The notes: a model not told the origin generated them from the letters alone. A stretch of 64,000 nucleotides of DNA from an uncultured Nitrospiraceae bacterium (GCA_963730935.1 CAVSTP010000004.1:768001-832000); one strand, 5' to 3'; shown: positions 19,903 through 30,785, numbered from the stretch's first letter. Numbers and translations are program-made.

Positions 19903-20481
19903 ATGCCGACCGAATTTCGCAGGACGCTATTCATCGTTGCCGCCCTCAACCTCGCCTATTTCGGCGTCGAGTTCGCCGCCGCGATCGTCATAGGCTCAGT
20001 CTCGCTCTTCGCCGACTCAATCGACTTTCTGGAGGATGCGGCCCTCAATGCCCTGATCCTCCTCGCGATGAGATGGACCGCGCCCTATCGAAGCGCCGTC
20101 GCCAAGGTGCTTGCGGTCATCATCCTGATTCCTGGTCTCGCCACGCTCTGGATGACCTGGGAGAAGTTCGCCCTGCCCGTCCCTCCGGCGCCGCTGCCGC
20201 TCTCGGCGACCGGCGCCGGAGCACTGCTCGTCAATCTCACCTGTGCCGTGCTACTGGTCCGCTTCCAGCATCACGGCGGAAGTCTCGGTCTCGCCGTTTT
20301 TCTCTCGGCCCGCAACGACGTGCTGGCGAACGCAGCCATCATTCTGGCCGGCCTGGCGACCAGCGCGACGCAGTCGGTCTGGCCTGATGTCATCGTCGGT
20401 CTCGGCATCGCTGCAATGAACGCAGACGCCGCGGGAGAAGTGTATAGAGCCGCCGGGCAGGAAACCGACGCAAGAGCCTGA
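19903..20481 (+). CDS. Cation diffusion facilitator-like membrane protein (TM part only)
   Basis: LNLAYFGVEF...SVSLFADSIDFLED, SARNDVLAN, WPDVIVG. Confidence 0.85.
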   Translation: MPTEFRRTLFIVAALNLAYFGVEFAAAIVIGSVSLFADSIDFLEDAALNALILLAMRWTAPYRSAVAKVLAVIILIPGLATLWMTWEKFALPVPPAPLPLSATGAGALLVNLTCAVLLVRFQHHGGSLGLAVFLSARNDVLANAAIILAGLATSATQSVWPDVIVGLGIAAMNADAAGEVYRAAGQETDARA

Positions 20482-21020
20482 GGCCGACGGGCGTACGGGC
20501 TGGTTGATCTGCTTTGCTCGCCCAACGCGCACACCAGAATGTAGGCTGGAGGTGGATGGTCGCCTTTGCTGCCGCGATGGGTAAAGCCGCATGGCCCTCT
20601 CGCTGCTTGGCTCCGCAACTTGTTCCGTCCCGGACTCCGTCCGAACGAAAGGCCTCCTATGCGACATGCACGGTGGCGAGGGCCCCGTGCTTGCCCGGAC
20701 ATGTATCTTCTTCACCAAAAGATGGTAGGCCTTGCTCGCGACTTGCGAGAGGTCGCAGGCGAGTTGATGCGGTCGCAAGGCGACGGCGAGCACTGTTCGA
20801 AGTTCCATTTTGACGAAGTCATGAATGGAACAAGTTGCGGAGCCGAGCGGCGACGAACCCTGCGGTTTCACCTCTCGCTGGAGCTGAGTAAGGCCTATCA
20901 TCGGACAGCTTAGCGCGGTCGAGCCGAAGCGCGGAGCAGGAAGGGCTTATCGTCCCTCACTCACCTTGACTTGGCCGCCGCACGCCGCCTATTCTCAAAC
21001 GCCTTTTAGCAAGGAGCGTC

Positions 21021-21683
21021 ATGGCCCGCGAGCTTGAACTCAATGTCCGCCCCATCTTTTCGACTCCCCTGCTGGTGTTTTCCATTCCCGAGGCCGAGCG
21101 GATTAATGCCGATCTCAAACGGGCGGTGCTGGCGCGAGAAGCCTCCGAGCCCACCTATCACGACCGCGAAGTCATCGGCTGGTCCTCTCCTCACGATATG
21201 TCCATGATGGAATGGGCGAGCGGCCCGCTAAAGACCCTGTTCGAGTACGTGATCCAGGTAGCGACCCAGGCAACGGAGTACTCAGAACGCACCGGCAAGG
21301 CATCACAACGTCCGGCCTGGCAGGTGGTCGAAATCTGGGCGAATGTGCAGCGGTCCGGCGGCAGCAACGGCTCCCACGCCCACCCCGGCTCCTTCTGGTC
21401 CGGCGTCTATTATGTGGATGCGGGCGATATCTCGGAGACGGAAAAGAACGGCGGGGAACTGCAGCTCTTCGATCCGCGCGGCTGTCTCCCGCGCATGCTG
21501 GCGCCTTACCTGCGCTACGCGATTCCCGAACTGCACGACGCCGGCAACACGATCTCGTTCACTCCCACATCAGGCCAATGCGTGATGTTCCCCGGCTGGC
21601 AGTACCATGCCGTGGCTCCGTACATCGGCAAGGCGCCCCGCATCAGCATCGCCTTCAACCTGGATCCGATTCTTCCGAAGTAA
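21021..21683 (+). CDS. Putative 2OG-Fe(II) oxygenase (TIGR02466-like)
   Basis: IFSTP, WANVQRSGGSNGSHAHPGSFWSGVYY, MFPGWQYHAV, RISIAFN. Confidence 0.88.
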   Translation: MARELELNVRPIFSTPLLVFSIPEAERINADLKRAVLAREASEPTYHDREVIGWSSPHDMSMMEWASGPLKTLFEYVIQVATQATEYSERTGKASQRPAWQVVEIWANVQRSGGSNGSHAHPGSFWSGVYYVDAGDISETEKNGGELQLFDPRGCLPRMLAPYLRYAIPELHDAGNTISFTPTSGQCVMFPGWQYHAVAPYIGKAPRISIAFNLDPILPK

Positions 21684-21686
21684 ACG

Positions 21687-22925
21687 TTAGGCAGGCAGGG
21701 GTAAGGATTCGAACGACTGGACCAGCGGATTCCGCACATAGTCTTCCACGTAGTTCTTCAGCAGGCAGTTCCGCCACAGTAGCTTGTTCGCAAACTTCGT
21801 ATCGATCTTGTGCAGCACCGTGGCCTTCACACCAGTCTTCCTCATGAACTGCTCCAGCGTCACCCCGCCGATGTCGGTGTACAGGCCGCGGCCCGACTGC
21901 ATCATGCATTTCGGAATGTGAACGCGCTTGTGGCCGTTGACACAGCGCGCAATGTCGTCGAACGTCAACAGCACCGAGCAGTCCGAATCCCCGCCGAGCG
22001 TCGCGTTCGGCACCATCAGATACTTGGCGCGGTTCTTTCGGTACATGTTCAGCACCTTATACACGCTCTTCGCCATCACGACCGTGTCGCGCTTCTCCAG
22101 TTCGAGTGAATCGAAGGCGCTCACGATCCGCCTGCGGTTCATGAAGGCTGTGATCGGCGCTTCGGTCTGGATCGTCTGGATGTTCGGCAGCCCCTTCTCG
22201 TAGAGTCGCACCGCCTCCTCCGGCAGATATTTCCTTCCTCCGCGCATCAGCTCCGCCGTCGGATCTTTGATGCCGCGCACCGGCGTCAGACAGCCCATCC
22301 ACAGCACGGTCTTTTGATTGATCTTGGAGATCGTCTCCGCATCCTTCGACATCGTGTGCACGTCGAAGGCATAGAAGTTTGCCGAAGACACGGCCGGACC
22401 ATCCAAGACCTTCATCAAATGTTTGATCGAGGGGGCATGGGGCATGAGCCGCTGGCGGTAGTCGCTCAGCGTGATCACCGACAGCTCGAAGTTGATCCGG
22501 CCGGGAAAGCGGGCCGCCAGCTCGTGAATCTTGGGTACCTGCACGTAGCCGACCGTGAAGAACGTGATGTTCTTATCCGTGGAGGTCAGGAAATCCTCGA
22601 CCCATTCCATCGCCTTCGGGTGGAGGAACAGATCGGTCCATTCCATGTATTCGTTGCCGCCCAGACACCAGAACTGCATCGGATCCGTGGGCTTCCTGCT
22701 GATGTAGTCGAGGATGAACTTCCAATCTTCATCCGTCGTCTTGGGCGGATCGAGTGTTTCGCGATAGGAATGGTCGATCTCGTAGCAGAACTCGCACTTC
22801 ACCGGACAGGTCTTGCCGAGGCTGATCGGAATCTTCCCGCCTTCCATCTCGCGGACGAGCACCTCGCGGTAGTCCTTGTTCTTGAAGATGGGAACGGGCT
22901 GGAGGATGGGTAGTGCGGTCGGCAT
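21687..22925 (-). CDS. Radical SAM protein of unknown function
   Basis: CPVKCEFC (CxxxCxxC) near the N-terminus. Confidence 0.8.
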   Translation of the reverse strand: MPTALPILQPVPIFKNKDYREVLVREMEGGKIPISLGKTCPVKCEFCYEIDHSYRETLDPPKTTDEDWKFILDYISRKPTDPMQFWCLGGNEYMEWTDLFLHPKAMEWVEDFLTSTDKNITFFTVGYVQVPKIHELAARFPGRINFELSVITLSDYRQRLMPHAPSIKHLMKVLDGPAVSSANFYAFDVHTMSKDAETISKINQKTVLWMGCLTPVRGIKDPTAELMRGGRKYLPEEAVRLYEKGLPNIQTIQTEAPITAFMNRRRIVSAFDSLELEKRDTVVMAKSVYKVLNMYRKNRAKYLMVPNATLGGDSDCSVLLTFDDIARCVNGHKRVHIPKCMMQSGRGLYTDIGGVTLEQFMRKTGVKATVLHKIDTKFANKLLWRNCLLKNYVEDYVRNPLVQSFESLPLPA

Positions 22926-22977
22926 GAGGGCAGTTACTAGATTGACAGGCTTACAAACGCTTTGTCAGACTTTCTAT

Positions 22978-23253
22978 ATGGCTGAAGTTACCCAACCGGT
23001 CGCCGACGCCCTCCAAGTGCTCGGCCTCGATCTGCCGGTCTCCCAGGAGCAGCTGGAGATCAAACGCAAGGAACTGCTCCATATCTGGGATCCCTCCCGC
23101 TATGCGAACCTGACGAATAACCCCAAGAAATACATGCAGTCTTACAAGGAAGCTGAGGAAATGACGAATAAAATTGAAGACGCCTATGCGCTTCTCTCTT
23201 CCTGGATCGCCTCTTCTCCCAACAACCCTCCGAGTGGCCAAATTCTTGTTTAA
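22978..23253 (+). CDS. Small J-domain-like protein (WDP in place of HPD)
   Basis: ALQVLGL...KRKELLHIWDPSRY...AEEMTNKIEDAYALL. Confidence 0.65.
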   Translation: MAEVTQPVADALQVLGLDLPVSQEQLEIKRKELLHIWDPSRYANLTNNPKKYMQSYKEAEEMTNKIEDAYALLSSWIASSPNNPPSGQILV

Positions 23254-23254
23254 T

Positions 23255-25215
23255 TTACCCGACCCCGTGCGAGACGACCCGACTCATCCCCTCTTTGCCG
23301 TCCTCGCCTTCGTTCATCGCCACCGGCCAGGTGACTAATCCAGATACGCTATCGGACGAGCCAACCGTCTGCCGCTGCGCATAGATCTGCGGTAGCTTGT
23401 TCGTGCCGAACTTGGAGATATAGAGGAACACGTGCTCTCGGGCGTTCACGCGGACGGCCCAGGGCTGAAAATCGTTCTGATAGAACTCCTCGCAGAGCTG
23501 CATCGCATCGAGGCAGGAAATCCCCACCGGCTCGTTCAGCGTGTAATAGTAGTCCAGCGGCAGGTCGTACTCTTCCTGCTTGTGTATCGTGATGCCGAAC
23601 TTCTCCGGATTGCGCACCATCGGCGTATGCCGGTAGGCCACGAAGTAGAACAGCTCCACCGAATGGATCACCGGCTGGTTGTCGATGACGAACTGGCGCG
23701 TCTCGAGCGCCTCGTCCCGCGTCTCGCCGGGGAAGCCGTAGAAGGCCATCACGTGGTTCCAGATCCCCGCCTTCGCCGCCGAGTGTAAATTATTCTGGAT
23801 CACGCTCTTCTTCGCGTGCTTGTCCATGAGATTCAGCACCCGCTCGTTGGCCGATTCCATTCCATAGTAGAGCGTGCAGCAGCCGGCCTTGGCGGCGAGA
23901 TCCCAGATGGCCTGATCTTGTAAGGTCTCCTCGAAGCGGATCAGCGTCGTCCACTTGATGCCGACGTCTTGATCGACTAGAAGCTGCGAAACCTTTTTGA
24001 ATAACGCCGGCGGATAGGACTCGTCCGAGAACAGGAAGTGCCGGCACTGGTACTTGTCGCGCAACGCCTTCACTTGATCGACGACGTGCTGTGCGGTCAT
24101 CCCGCGGTATTGGTCGAAATAGCCCTGACCGTGATCGCAGAACGTGCAGCGGCCCCAATAGCAGCCGCGGGTCGCCAGATAGGGAATGATCCGCTCCGGC
24201 ACGAAGTAGTGATCGAGCGGGAAACCGTCGAAGTCCGGCAGCGGCAGCTCGGTCATCTTCTCGGTATGGATGTCCTTGTTCTGGTGCAGGCCGGTCGCAT
24301 CGCGGTAGATGAGGTTCGGGACGGAGGCCATCTCGCGCTGGCCGTTCAACGCCTCGATCAGCCACAAGAGCGCATGCTCTCCCTCGTAGAGGATCGCCGT
24401 ATCGAAAACGTCCGTGAAGAACCGTTCCTGCTTCGGCAGCTCTTCTTGCAACCGCGTGACCACGTTACCGCCGACCACCACGTGCACATTCGGGAACGTC
24501 TCCTTGATCATCTTGCAGAACGTCATCCCCGCAATCAACTGCATCTGCGTGCCGATCGAAATGCCGACCACGTCGGGCCGTTCCTTGGCGACCGACGGCA
24601 GCACGAGCTGATTGCAGATATCGCGGTAGATGTTCACCTGCTCGTCGTCGAGACAGGCCAGCAGTTCCTTGGAGACACCGGGCCGGTAGCCGAGGTTGCT
24701 CTCCATCGGATAGAACACGAGCGAGGCCGGATAGTAGGCGGCGGAGATGAACTGCATCGCCTCGCGGAAGGTATTGAGCGCGACATTCCAGCTTGTCCGC
24801 CTCGTAGAACCGTTCGCCACGGACAACGCGCTTGGCTTCCTCGGCGCGCGCCGCGAGGTCGAAGACATCGATGGTCATGACCTGCTCCAGCACAGGCCAA
24901 TTGACCGGCTTCCTGCTCCGTCAGTTCTCCCCGCTTCTCCTTCATCTGCAGCGACCTCAGCTGCATCGTCTGTCTCGCCCTGATCCAAACCAGGAACTCG
25001 GTCGTGAAGAAGTGGTCGTACATCTCGATGTTCACGTCCCGCTGGATCACCGTATGGCCGGCTTCGCGCAGCACGGCGGTCAGCGACGGCAGCGCCAGAT
25101 AGGGCGCCGTCGGCACCCATTCGGGCGGAAACAGCAGCATGACCTTGGAGGTCTTGCGCGCGCCGTTCTTCAGCGGAGTCAGACCGTCGATCTGTAGAAG
25201 TCCGCTATCGCTCAT
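23255..25215 (-). CDS. B12-binding radical SAM protein, paralog 2; reading frame interrupted near 24895 and 24785
   Basis: KVMLLFPPEWVPTAPYLALPSL (ORF 24634-25263) continues via ORF 24465-24893 into PDVVGISI...YLATRGCYWGRCTFCD (ORF 23255-24868). Confidence 0.85.
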
Positions 25216-25237
25216 GATTCTCCGAGTCTTACCCTCA

Positions 25238-25355
25238 GGATGTTCAAAAAGGTCTTCCAGCAAGGCCGCAGCGAGCGAGAGGGCGAAGCGTACGTTTTTC
25301 GGTACGTTGAGCCCTTGAGCGATGCGAGAACGCCGCTGTAGGCCTTTTCAAATCC
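25238..25355. repeat. ~120-bp MITE-like element, family R1, copy 3 (fills the gap between the two B12-rSAM genes)
   Basis: GGATGTTCAAAAAG...CAAGGCCGCAGCGAGCGA...CCTTTTCAAATCC. Confidence 0.8.
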
Positions 25356-25361
25356 GGCGCG

Positions 25362-27262
25362 TCACATTTTACCTGCTAATGTGGGTGACGCTCCCGACAT
25401 CTTTGCTGCGCTATATTGCAAGTCGGGCAGTTTTTTCAGCCCGAACCTGCAGATGTACAGGAAAATATATTCGCGGATGTACAGGCGTAAATCCCAGCCC
25501 GGATTGTGGTTCCGTTCGAATTCCTGGAACACCCGCTCCGCCTCTTCGATGCTCATGCCGTTTTTCACGGTGAAGTAGTAGTCGAGCGCCAGGTCCCACT
25601 CCGCATTCTTGTAGGCCGTCACGCCCCACCGCTCCGGATGCTTCGCCACGGGATTATGCCGGCCGAGATCGAACGTGCCGAACCCGAGCGAATGGACATA
25701 GTTCTTGTTCTGTTCGAGGAACTCGACCGATTGCCAGGCTTCCTCCCGCGTTTCGCCCGGGAAGCCGAAGAAGCCCATGCAGTGGTTCCAAATGCCGGCC
25801 TCCGCCGTGAGCTTCAGATGCTTTGTCATGATGTCGGTCGTCGTCGCCTTGTCCATCAGCTTCAGCACCCGCTCGACGCCCGATTCGTAGCCGAAATGGA
25901 GATAGCGGCAGCCGGACTGCTTCGCATCCTCCCACACGCCGTCGTCCAAGAGGCTCTTCTCGAACCGCATGTGGGTCGTCCAGAAGATGTCCATCTTCTC
26001 TTCGACCAATCCCCTGGCCAGCTTGCGAAAGAGTGCCGGCGGATAGGATTCGTCGGTAAAGTGAAAATGCCGGGCGCCGTACTTGTCTTTGAGGTACTGG
26101 ATGTCGGCGAGCACATCCTGGATCTTCTTCGACCGGTAGCCGGCGGTATAGCCCTCGCCGTGGTCGCAGAACTCGCAGCGGCCCCAGTAGCAGCCGCGCG
26201 TCGCGAGATACGGCAGCGTCCTGGTCGGCACGAAATACTTCTGGAGCGGCAAGCCGTCGAAATCCGGCGGCGGCAGCTCCGCCATGTCCTCGGCATAGCT
26301 CAGGGGCGACTCGTGGACGCCCTTGTCGTCCTTATAAATGGTGTTGGGCACGCTGGCCAAATCGCGCTTGGCGCCCACCGCCTCGACCAATTGCAAGAAA
26401 GCCGTCTCCCCTTCATAGACCACCGCGCTGTCGAAGAATTGAAAGAGCGGCGACTGGGGCAGCACGTCGCGCAGTCTCGTCACCGTGTTGCCACCGATCG
26501 TGACGTGGATGTTCGGGAAACTGCTGCTTGATCAGCGCGCAGAAGGTCATGGTGGAGAAGATCTGCTGCTGGAGGACAATTGAAATCCCAACGACATCTG
26601 GTTTCTCAGTTTCAATCACCGGCTTGACCAGCTGCTCGAAGACGTCCCGGTAGACATTCACTTGTTCGATCGTTCACCGCCTCGATCACTTCGTTCGACG
26701 CATAGACCTTGTAGGACAGATCGGTCTCCATCGGCGGCATGCAGATGCGGGCCGGCGAATAGACGAGCGAAATGGTCTGCGTGACTTCGCGGAAGACTTG
26801 AATCGCCCACTCTAACTGGTCGATATCGTAGAAGACTTCCCCACGGACAATGGCTTTCGCCTTCTCCGCCTTCTTGATCAGCTCGTCGATGCGTTGGCGC
26901 GTCACGTCGCACAGCGCCAGCTGCACGTCCATCTCCCAGTCGGTCAGCTCGCGCTTGTTCGCGAGCTTGCGCAGGCGGTCGAGCTGCTGGGGGACTTTGC
27001 GGAGGACTTTCTTCAGGAAGTCCTCGCTGAAGTACCAGTCCCACATCTCGAGATTGACGTCTTTCTGGATAACGGTATGGCCGGCTTTGCGGAGGACGGA
27101 GGTGAGGGAGGGAAGGCTCAAATAGGGTTCGGAAGGGAACCAATCGGGCGGGAAGATGAGCAGAACCTTCATCTTCCGGCCGCTCGCCTGGAAGGAGGTC
27201 TGGCGATGGAGCTGGATCAGCTCTTTGGAGGCCCGGTCGCCCTTCGAATACTCAATGCGCAT
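25362..27262 (-). CDS. B12-binding radical SAM protein, paralog 1; reading frame interrupted near 26668 and 26515
   Basis: KVLLIFPPDWFPSEPYLSLPSL (ORF 26612-27499), NVYRDVFEQ...PDVVGISI (ORF 26413-26661), YLATRGCYWGRCEFCD (ORF 25362-26483). Confidence 0.85.
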
Positions 27263-27340
27263 ACCGGTAGAAATCTCCCCCCTTGCGGCCTGTGAAAAAG
27301 ACAAGAATAAGAAAGAAAGCCAAGGGGTTAGGAATTGTGC

Positions 27341-27370
27341 ATTGTACGGGGGGTGGGGAAGGAGATGCAA
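27341..27370 (-). promoter_or_regulatory. Putative sigma70 promoter for the radical SAM genes
   Basis: Minus strand TTGCAT-N18-TACAAT about 80 bp upstream of ATG 27262. Confidence 0.5.
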
Positions 27371-27724
27371 GCGGGGCGGCCTGGTTCCCGTCGCTTGCCC
27401 GTGGCCTTGTTGGCTGCTGTGAAGTCTCGCTGGCGCTTGGCATCGAAACTTGTTCCATTCCAAGGGAACCTTGAATGGAACTTCGGACATCGACGCCACC
27501 TGCCAGAGCAGGACGCATCAGCGAGCCACACAGCAGAAACACAAGGCCAAATGGGCCGCGCAGGCAACCCGGCCCCTCCCCTCAAGTACAGGGAAGGGAG
27601 AGCGAATGAGAAATGAGGCTCATCGACCGCGCCCTTGGAGACCACTGCGGGCCGTCCTGTAAAGAAGTCACGTTTGCAATCCTCTTAGTTCCACTTAAAT
27701 ACTGCTTTTTGCTGAAGACTTGGG

Positions 27725-27753
27725 TTGACACATCCCGAGCCGAATCGTAGCCT
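27725..27753 (+). promoter_or_regulatory. Putative sigma70 promoter of the TIR-caspase-SLOG operon
   Basis: TTGACA-N17-TAGCCT about 60 bp upstream of the TIR start. Confidence 0.5.
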
Positions 27754-27815
27754 ATAGCCGGCCAATTTACTTAGCTATTTATGCGGTTTAAACTCACCTT
27801 AAAACGGAGAAGGAC

Positions 27816-28197
27816 ATGGCAGACAAGAAAGTCGTTTTCATCGCATTTGCCATCGAAGATCAGAGACAGCGCGATTTGTTGAAAGGCCAGTCTCTCCATA
27901 CTGATACTCCCTTTGAGTTCGTCGACATGTCTGTCAAGGAGCCATACGACAGCGGTTGGAAGGAACGGGTCCGCACCCGAATTAGGCGGTCGGATGGAGT
28001 TATCGCGCTTGTGAGCAAGAATAGTCTTAGCTCCAGTGGTGAAAAATGGGAGATTGATTGCGCTAGGGAGGAAAAGAAAAAGATCATAGGACTATGGGCA
28101 TATGGAGACGACAGAACACGTCCACCCGCGCTGGACGGCACCCAATTATCCCATAAGGACTTGGGATGGAAAAGCTAGCTTCATTAACGGCCTATGA
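27816..28197 (+). CDS. TIR-domain protein (ThsB / MTH538-like); probable frameshift near 28150
   Basis: VFIAFAIED, FVDMSVKEPY, WKERVRTRIRRSDGVIALVS, GEKWEIDCA (catalytic Glu); a plausible C-terminus IRTWDGKASFINGL* lies in another frame (28153-28197). Confidence 0.85.
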
Positions 28198-29155
28198 ATC
28201 CCATGAAAGTGCGCTTCTCGTTGGAATCGACACTTATGACCATTTAGACAACCTTGACGGTTGTGTAAGGGACGTCAGAGCATTGATGCCGTTACTTTCA
28301 CGACATGATGATGCCTCACTGAATTTCAATTGCCGGGAATGCACAACCAACGATTCCAGGGCAGAGCGACGAACTGTATTGGAATCAATCGACACTCTCC
28401 TCTCCCCGGGGGCTGATGTCGCCTTGTTGTACTTCGCTGGGCATGGATACAATGCTCCGCACGACGTCGTCCTTGCTACCCAAGATGCTCAAAATCCTGA
28501 TGACGGCGTGCCGCTTTCTACTATCCTTGCGAAAGTGCAACAGTCACCAATCCGTGAAGTGGTAATCATCCTTGACTGCTGTTTTTCTGGCGCTGCTGGT
28601 GGCGTGCCACAGCTTGGCATTAATGCCGCAACACTGCGTCAGGGAGTTGCTATTCTTTCCGCCAGCCAGGCGAATCAAACAGCTGTTGAAACCTCTGCTG
28701 GACGTGGTCTGTTTTCAACATACCTCTGCGGTGGGCTTGAAGGTGGAGCTGCTGATGTTTTAGGAAAAGTGACTCTCGCAGGTTTATATGCGTATCTTTC
28801 TGAATCCTTTGGCCCTTGGGATCAACGTCCGACATTCAAGGCGAATCTAGAGCGACTGCATGATTTACGACGGTGCACGCCATGGGTTCCCATGACAGTA
28901 CTTCGTCGGTTGCCGGAATTTTTCGCTGCGGAAGAACATATATACCCACTTGATCCATCATATGAGCCAGAAGCAGAACCAAAACATCCCGAGCATGAGG
29001 CTATTTTCGGCCTTTTACAGCAATGCCGAGCGGCTAAATTGGTTGAACCGGTGGATGCGGAACACATGTATTTTGCCGCCATGAAGTCAACGGGATGCCG
29101 ACTCACTCGACTCGGACAGCTCTACTGGAGAATGGCCAAGCAGGATTTACTTTAA
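28166..29155 (+). CDS. Caspase-like protease (peptidase C14)
   Basis: ALLVGIDTY..LDNLDGCVRD, LYFAGHG (His), IILDCCFSG (Cys); true start probably ATG 28203 with a one-base deletion. Confidence 0.92.
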   Translation: MEKLASLTAYESHESALLVGIDTYDHLDNLDGCVRDVRALMPLLSRHDDASLNFNCRECTTNDSRAERRTVLESIDTLLSPGADVALLYFAGHGYNAPHDVVLATQDAQNPDDGVPLSTILAKVQQSPIREVVIILDCCFSGAAGGVPQLGINAATLRQGVAILSASQANQTAVETSAGRGLFSTYLCGGLEGGAADVLGKVTLAGLYAYLSESFGPWDQRPTFKANLERLHDLRRCTPWVPMTVLRRLPEFFAAEEHIYPLDPSYEPEAEPKHPEHEAIFGLLQQCRAAKLVEPVDAEHMYFAAMKSTGCRLTRLGQLYWRMAKQDLL

Positions 29156-29657
29156 ATGGTCGTTGGAGTTACCGGACATCAAGACATTCCACCCGCCGCT
29201 ACAAAGTTCGTGAAGGATAGAATTGCCATATTGCTCTCCAAAGTAATTGGAAAGATTACCGCTGTTTCTTCTCTTGCGTCAGTGCGGATTAGTTCTTTTC
29301 GAAAATCGCGTTGGGACTGGGGGCAGAACTCCACGTTATCGTTCCCTGTGATAAGTACGAGTCAACATTCAGTAATGAACGGACGCTTAACCAGTATCGG
29401 AAATTATTGAGAGATGCAGGAAAGGTTGACGTACTCAAGTACAAAGGCCATTTATCTCGGCGTTCTTAGATGCGGGCCGTCACGTAGTTGACATTTCTCA
29501 GTTGGTGATTGCGGTGTGGGATGGCCTTAAATCTAGAGGAAAAGGCGGGACAGCTGACATTGTCCGATATGCGCGCCAACGCGACAAGGAAGTTGTCGTA
29601 ATATGGCCAACAGGAGTTGCTCGCATCAAGCAAACACGGCCTGCTAGCGTCAGGTAA
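29156..29657 (+). pseudogene. Short SLOG-superfamily protein, disrupted (frameshift plus TAG near 29282-29293, second shift near 29455)
   Basis: Reconstructed by hand: MVVGVTGHQDIP...SSLA-(G)AD*FFSKIALGLGAELHVIVPCDKYESTF...AFLDAGRHVVDISQLVIAVWDGLKSRGKGGTADIVRYARQRDKEVVVIWP. Confidence 0.8.
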
Positions 29658-29693
29658 CTCTAAGACATTTTTTACGCGGAGCGATGTTAATCA

Positions 29694-30785
29694 ATGAGTG
29701 TTGAACTTGGGGCATTACTTGACGACCTAATTGACGATAAATGGCGCAGACAAGTTGGTTTCTCTCCGGACTGTAGAAGCGTCCACATAGGGCATTATTT
29801 CAAGCACCAACATATTCCTTTTCCATCCCATAATCAACAGACTGGATACCCAATAAGGAATACCGTTTTGGAATAGAGCAAGAGTCGGTCTACTTAAGCA
29901 TTGCATGCTTACAGAGAGAGACCTTCGTGCGCCACAACAAACCTTGTTGGAAAAGATCCAATCAGCTCGTACTGAATGGAAGCAGGAAGGTCTTTTAGGC
30001 AAGAAGAGCGGGTTTGTGATTTCCATCGTCTCTGACAGACTTGCTCATTCAGTTCCTGATAACTCAGTAAAGACTCTCGCATTGCGTCTCTGTAGTTTAT
30101 ACCTGCTCGACGATGTCCTCCCGGATAAAGTCTTTTTGGATGACTTACTTTTGGAAATGCCTGGCCCTCTTAAAACCACTTGGAAATGGGATACGGGCGT
30201 AAATTACTTTTCAAGTCACGGAGACAAGAGGTGGTGGCAGGACCATCGGTTCCCAGGCGGTATGGCATTCTCGATCAATTCTATTGGGCATATGGTCAAA
30301 TCAGGCATTATGGCAAAACACATTTCCGATTTGGCCAAACTGATGGGTGCACCCGAACAAGGATTAAAGCCCACCCGAATCGATTCTCCGAGAAGACAGC
30401 CCTAGCTTATGCAAAGTTAATGATTGATAACGCCTCCGATGCCATATCCGGTCGCGTAACGGAGTTGTTACCACTTCTGGCTACTCTTCAAGAACTGCCA
30501 GTTGCAAAATGTCCAACAAAACTTCCAAAACTCGTGGAAGACAAGAATTTTTGTGAGTACAAGGGCTACTATCACACGGACTACACAATCCCATCCGAAT
30601 ATTTTTCTCCGGACGTCGAGCGCCCAAAAGGTCTTTGTCCGCATCGATTGGACTTTACATATTTATTCGATAATGACCCATTGAGCCCAGACAGGTTACG
30701 TTTGAAGGAAGGCGTTAGAGTTCGGGGCACTAAAAAGCAAAAAACAGTGACGAAGAGAGGAAAGGCACATGGGAAAAAGCTTTAA
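29694..30785 (+). pseudogene. Hypothetical protein split over three frames
   Basis: Consecutive + strand ORFs 29694-29876, 29905-30405 and the distal part of 30180-30785 read as one ~360 aa protein (WWQDHRFPGGMAFSINSIGHM; YKGYYHTDYTIPSEYF). Confidence 0.6.

Noticed and set aside
20690..20901. Possible remnant of a CsaA/tRNA-binding gene (SIHDFVKMELR...KAYHLLV) on the minus strand
   Set aside because: Similarity is short and recalled from memory only; it cannot be supported without a profile search
24780..26670. Programmed frameshifting in the B12 radical SAM genes
   Set aside because: Two breaks per gene at non-equivalent positions, no shared slippery motif seen, and they are part of a wider indel cluster
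27300..27815. tRNA or tmRNA integration site at the island's left edge
   Set aside because: No cloverleaf or T-loop motif and no integrase recognised
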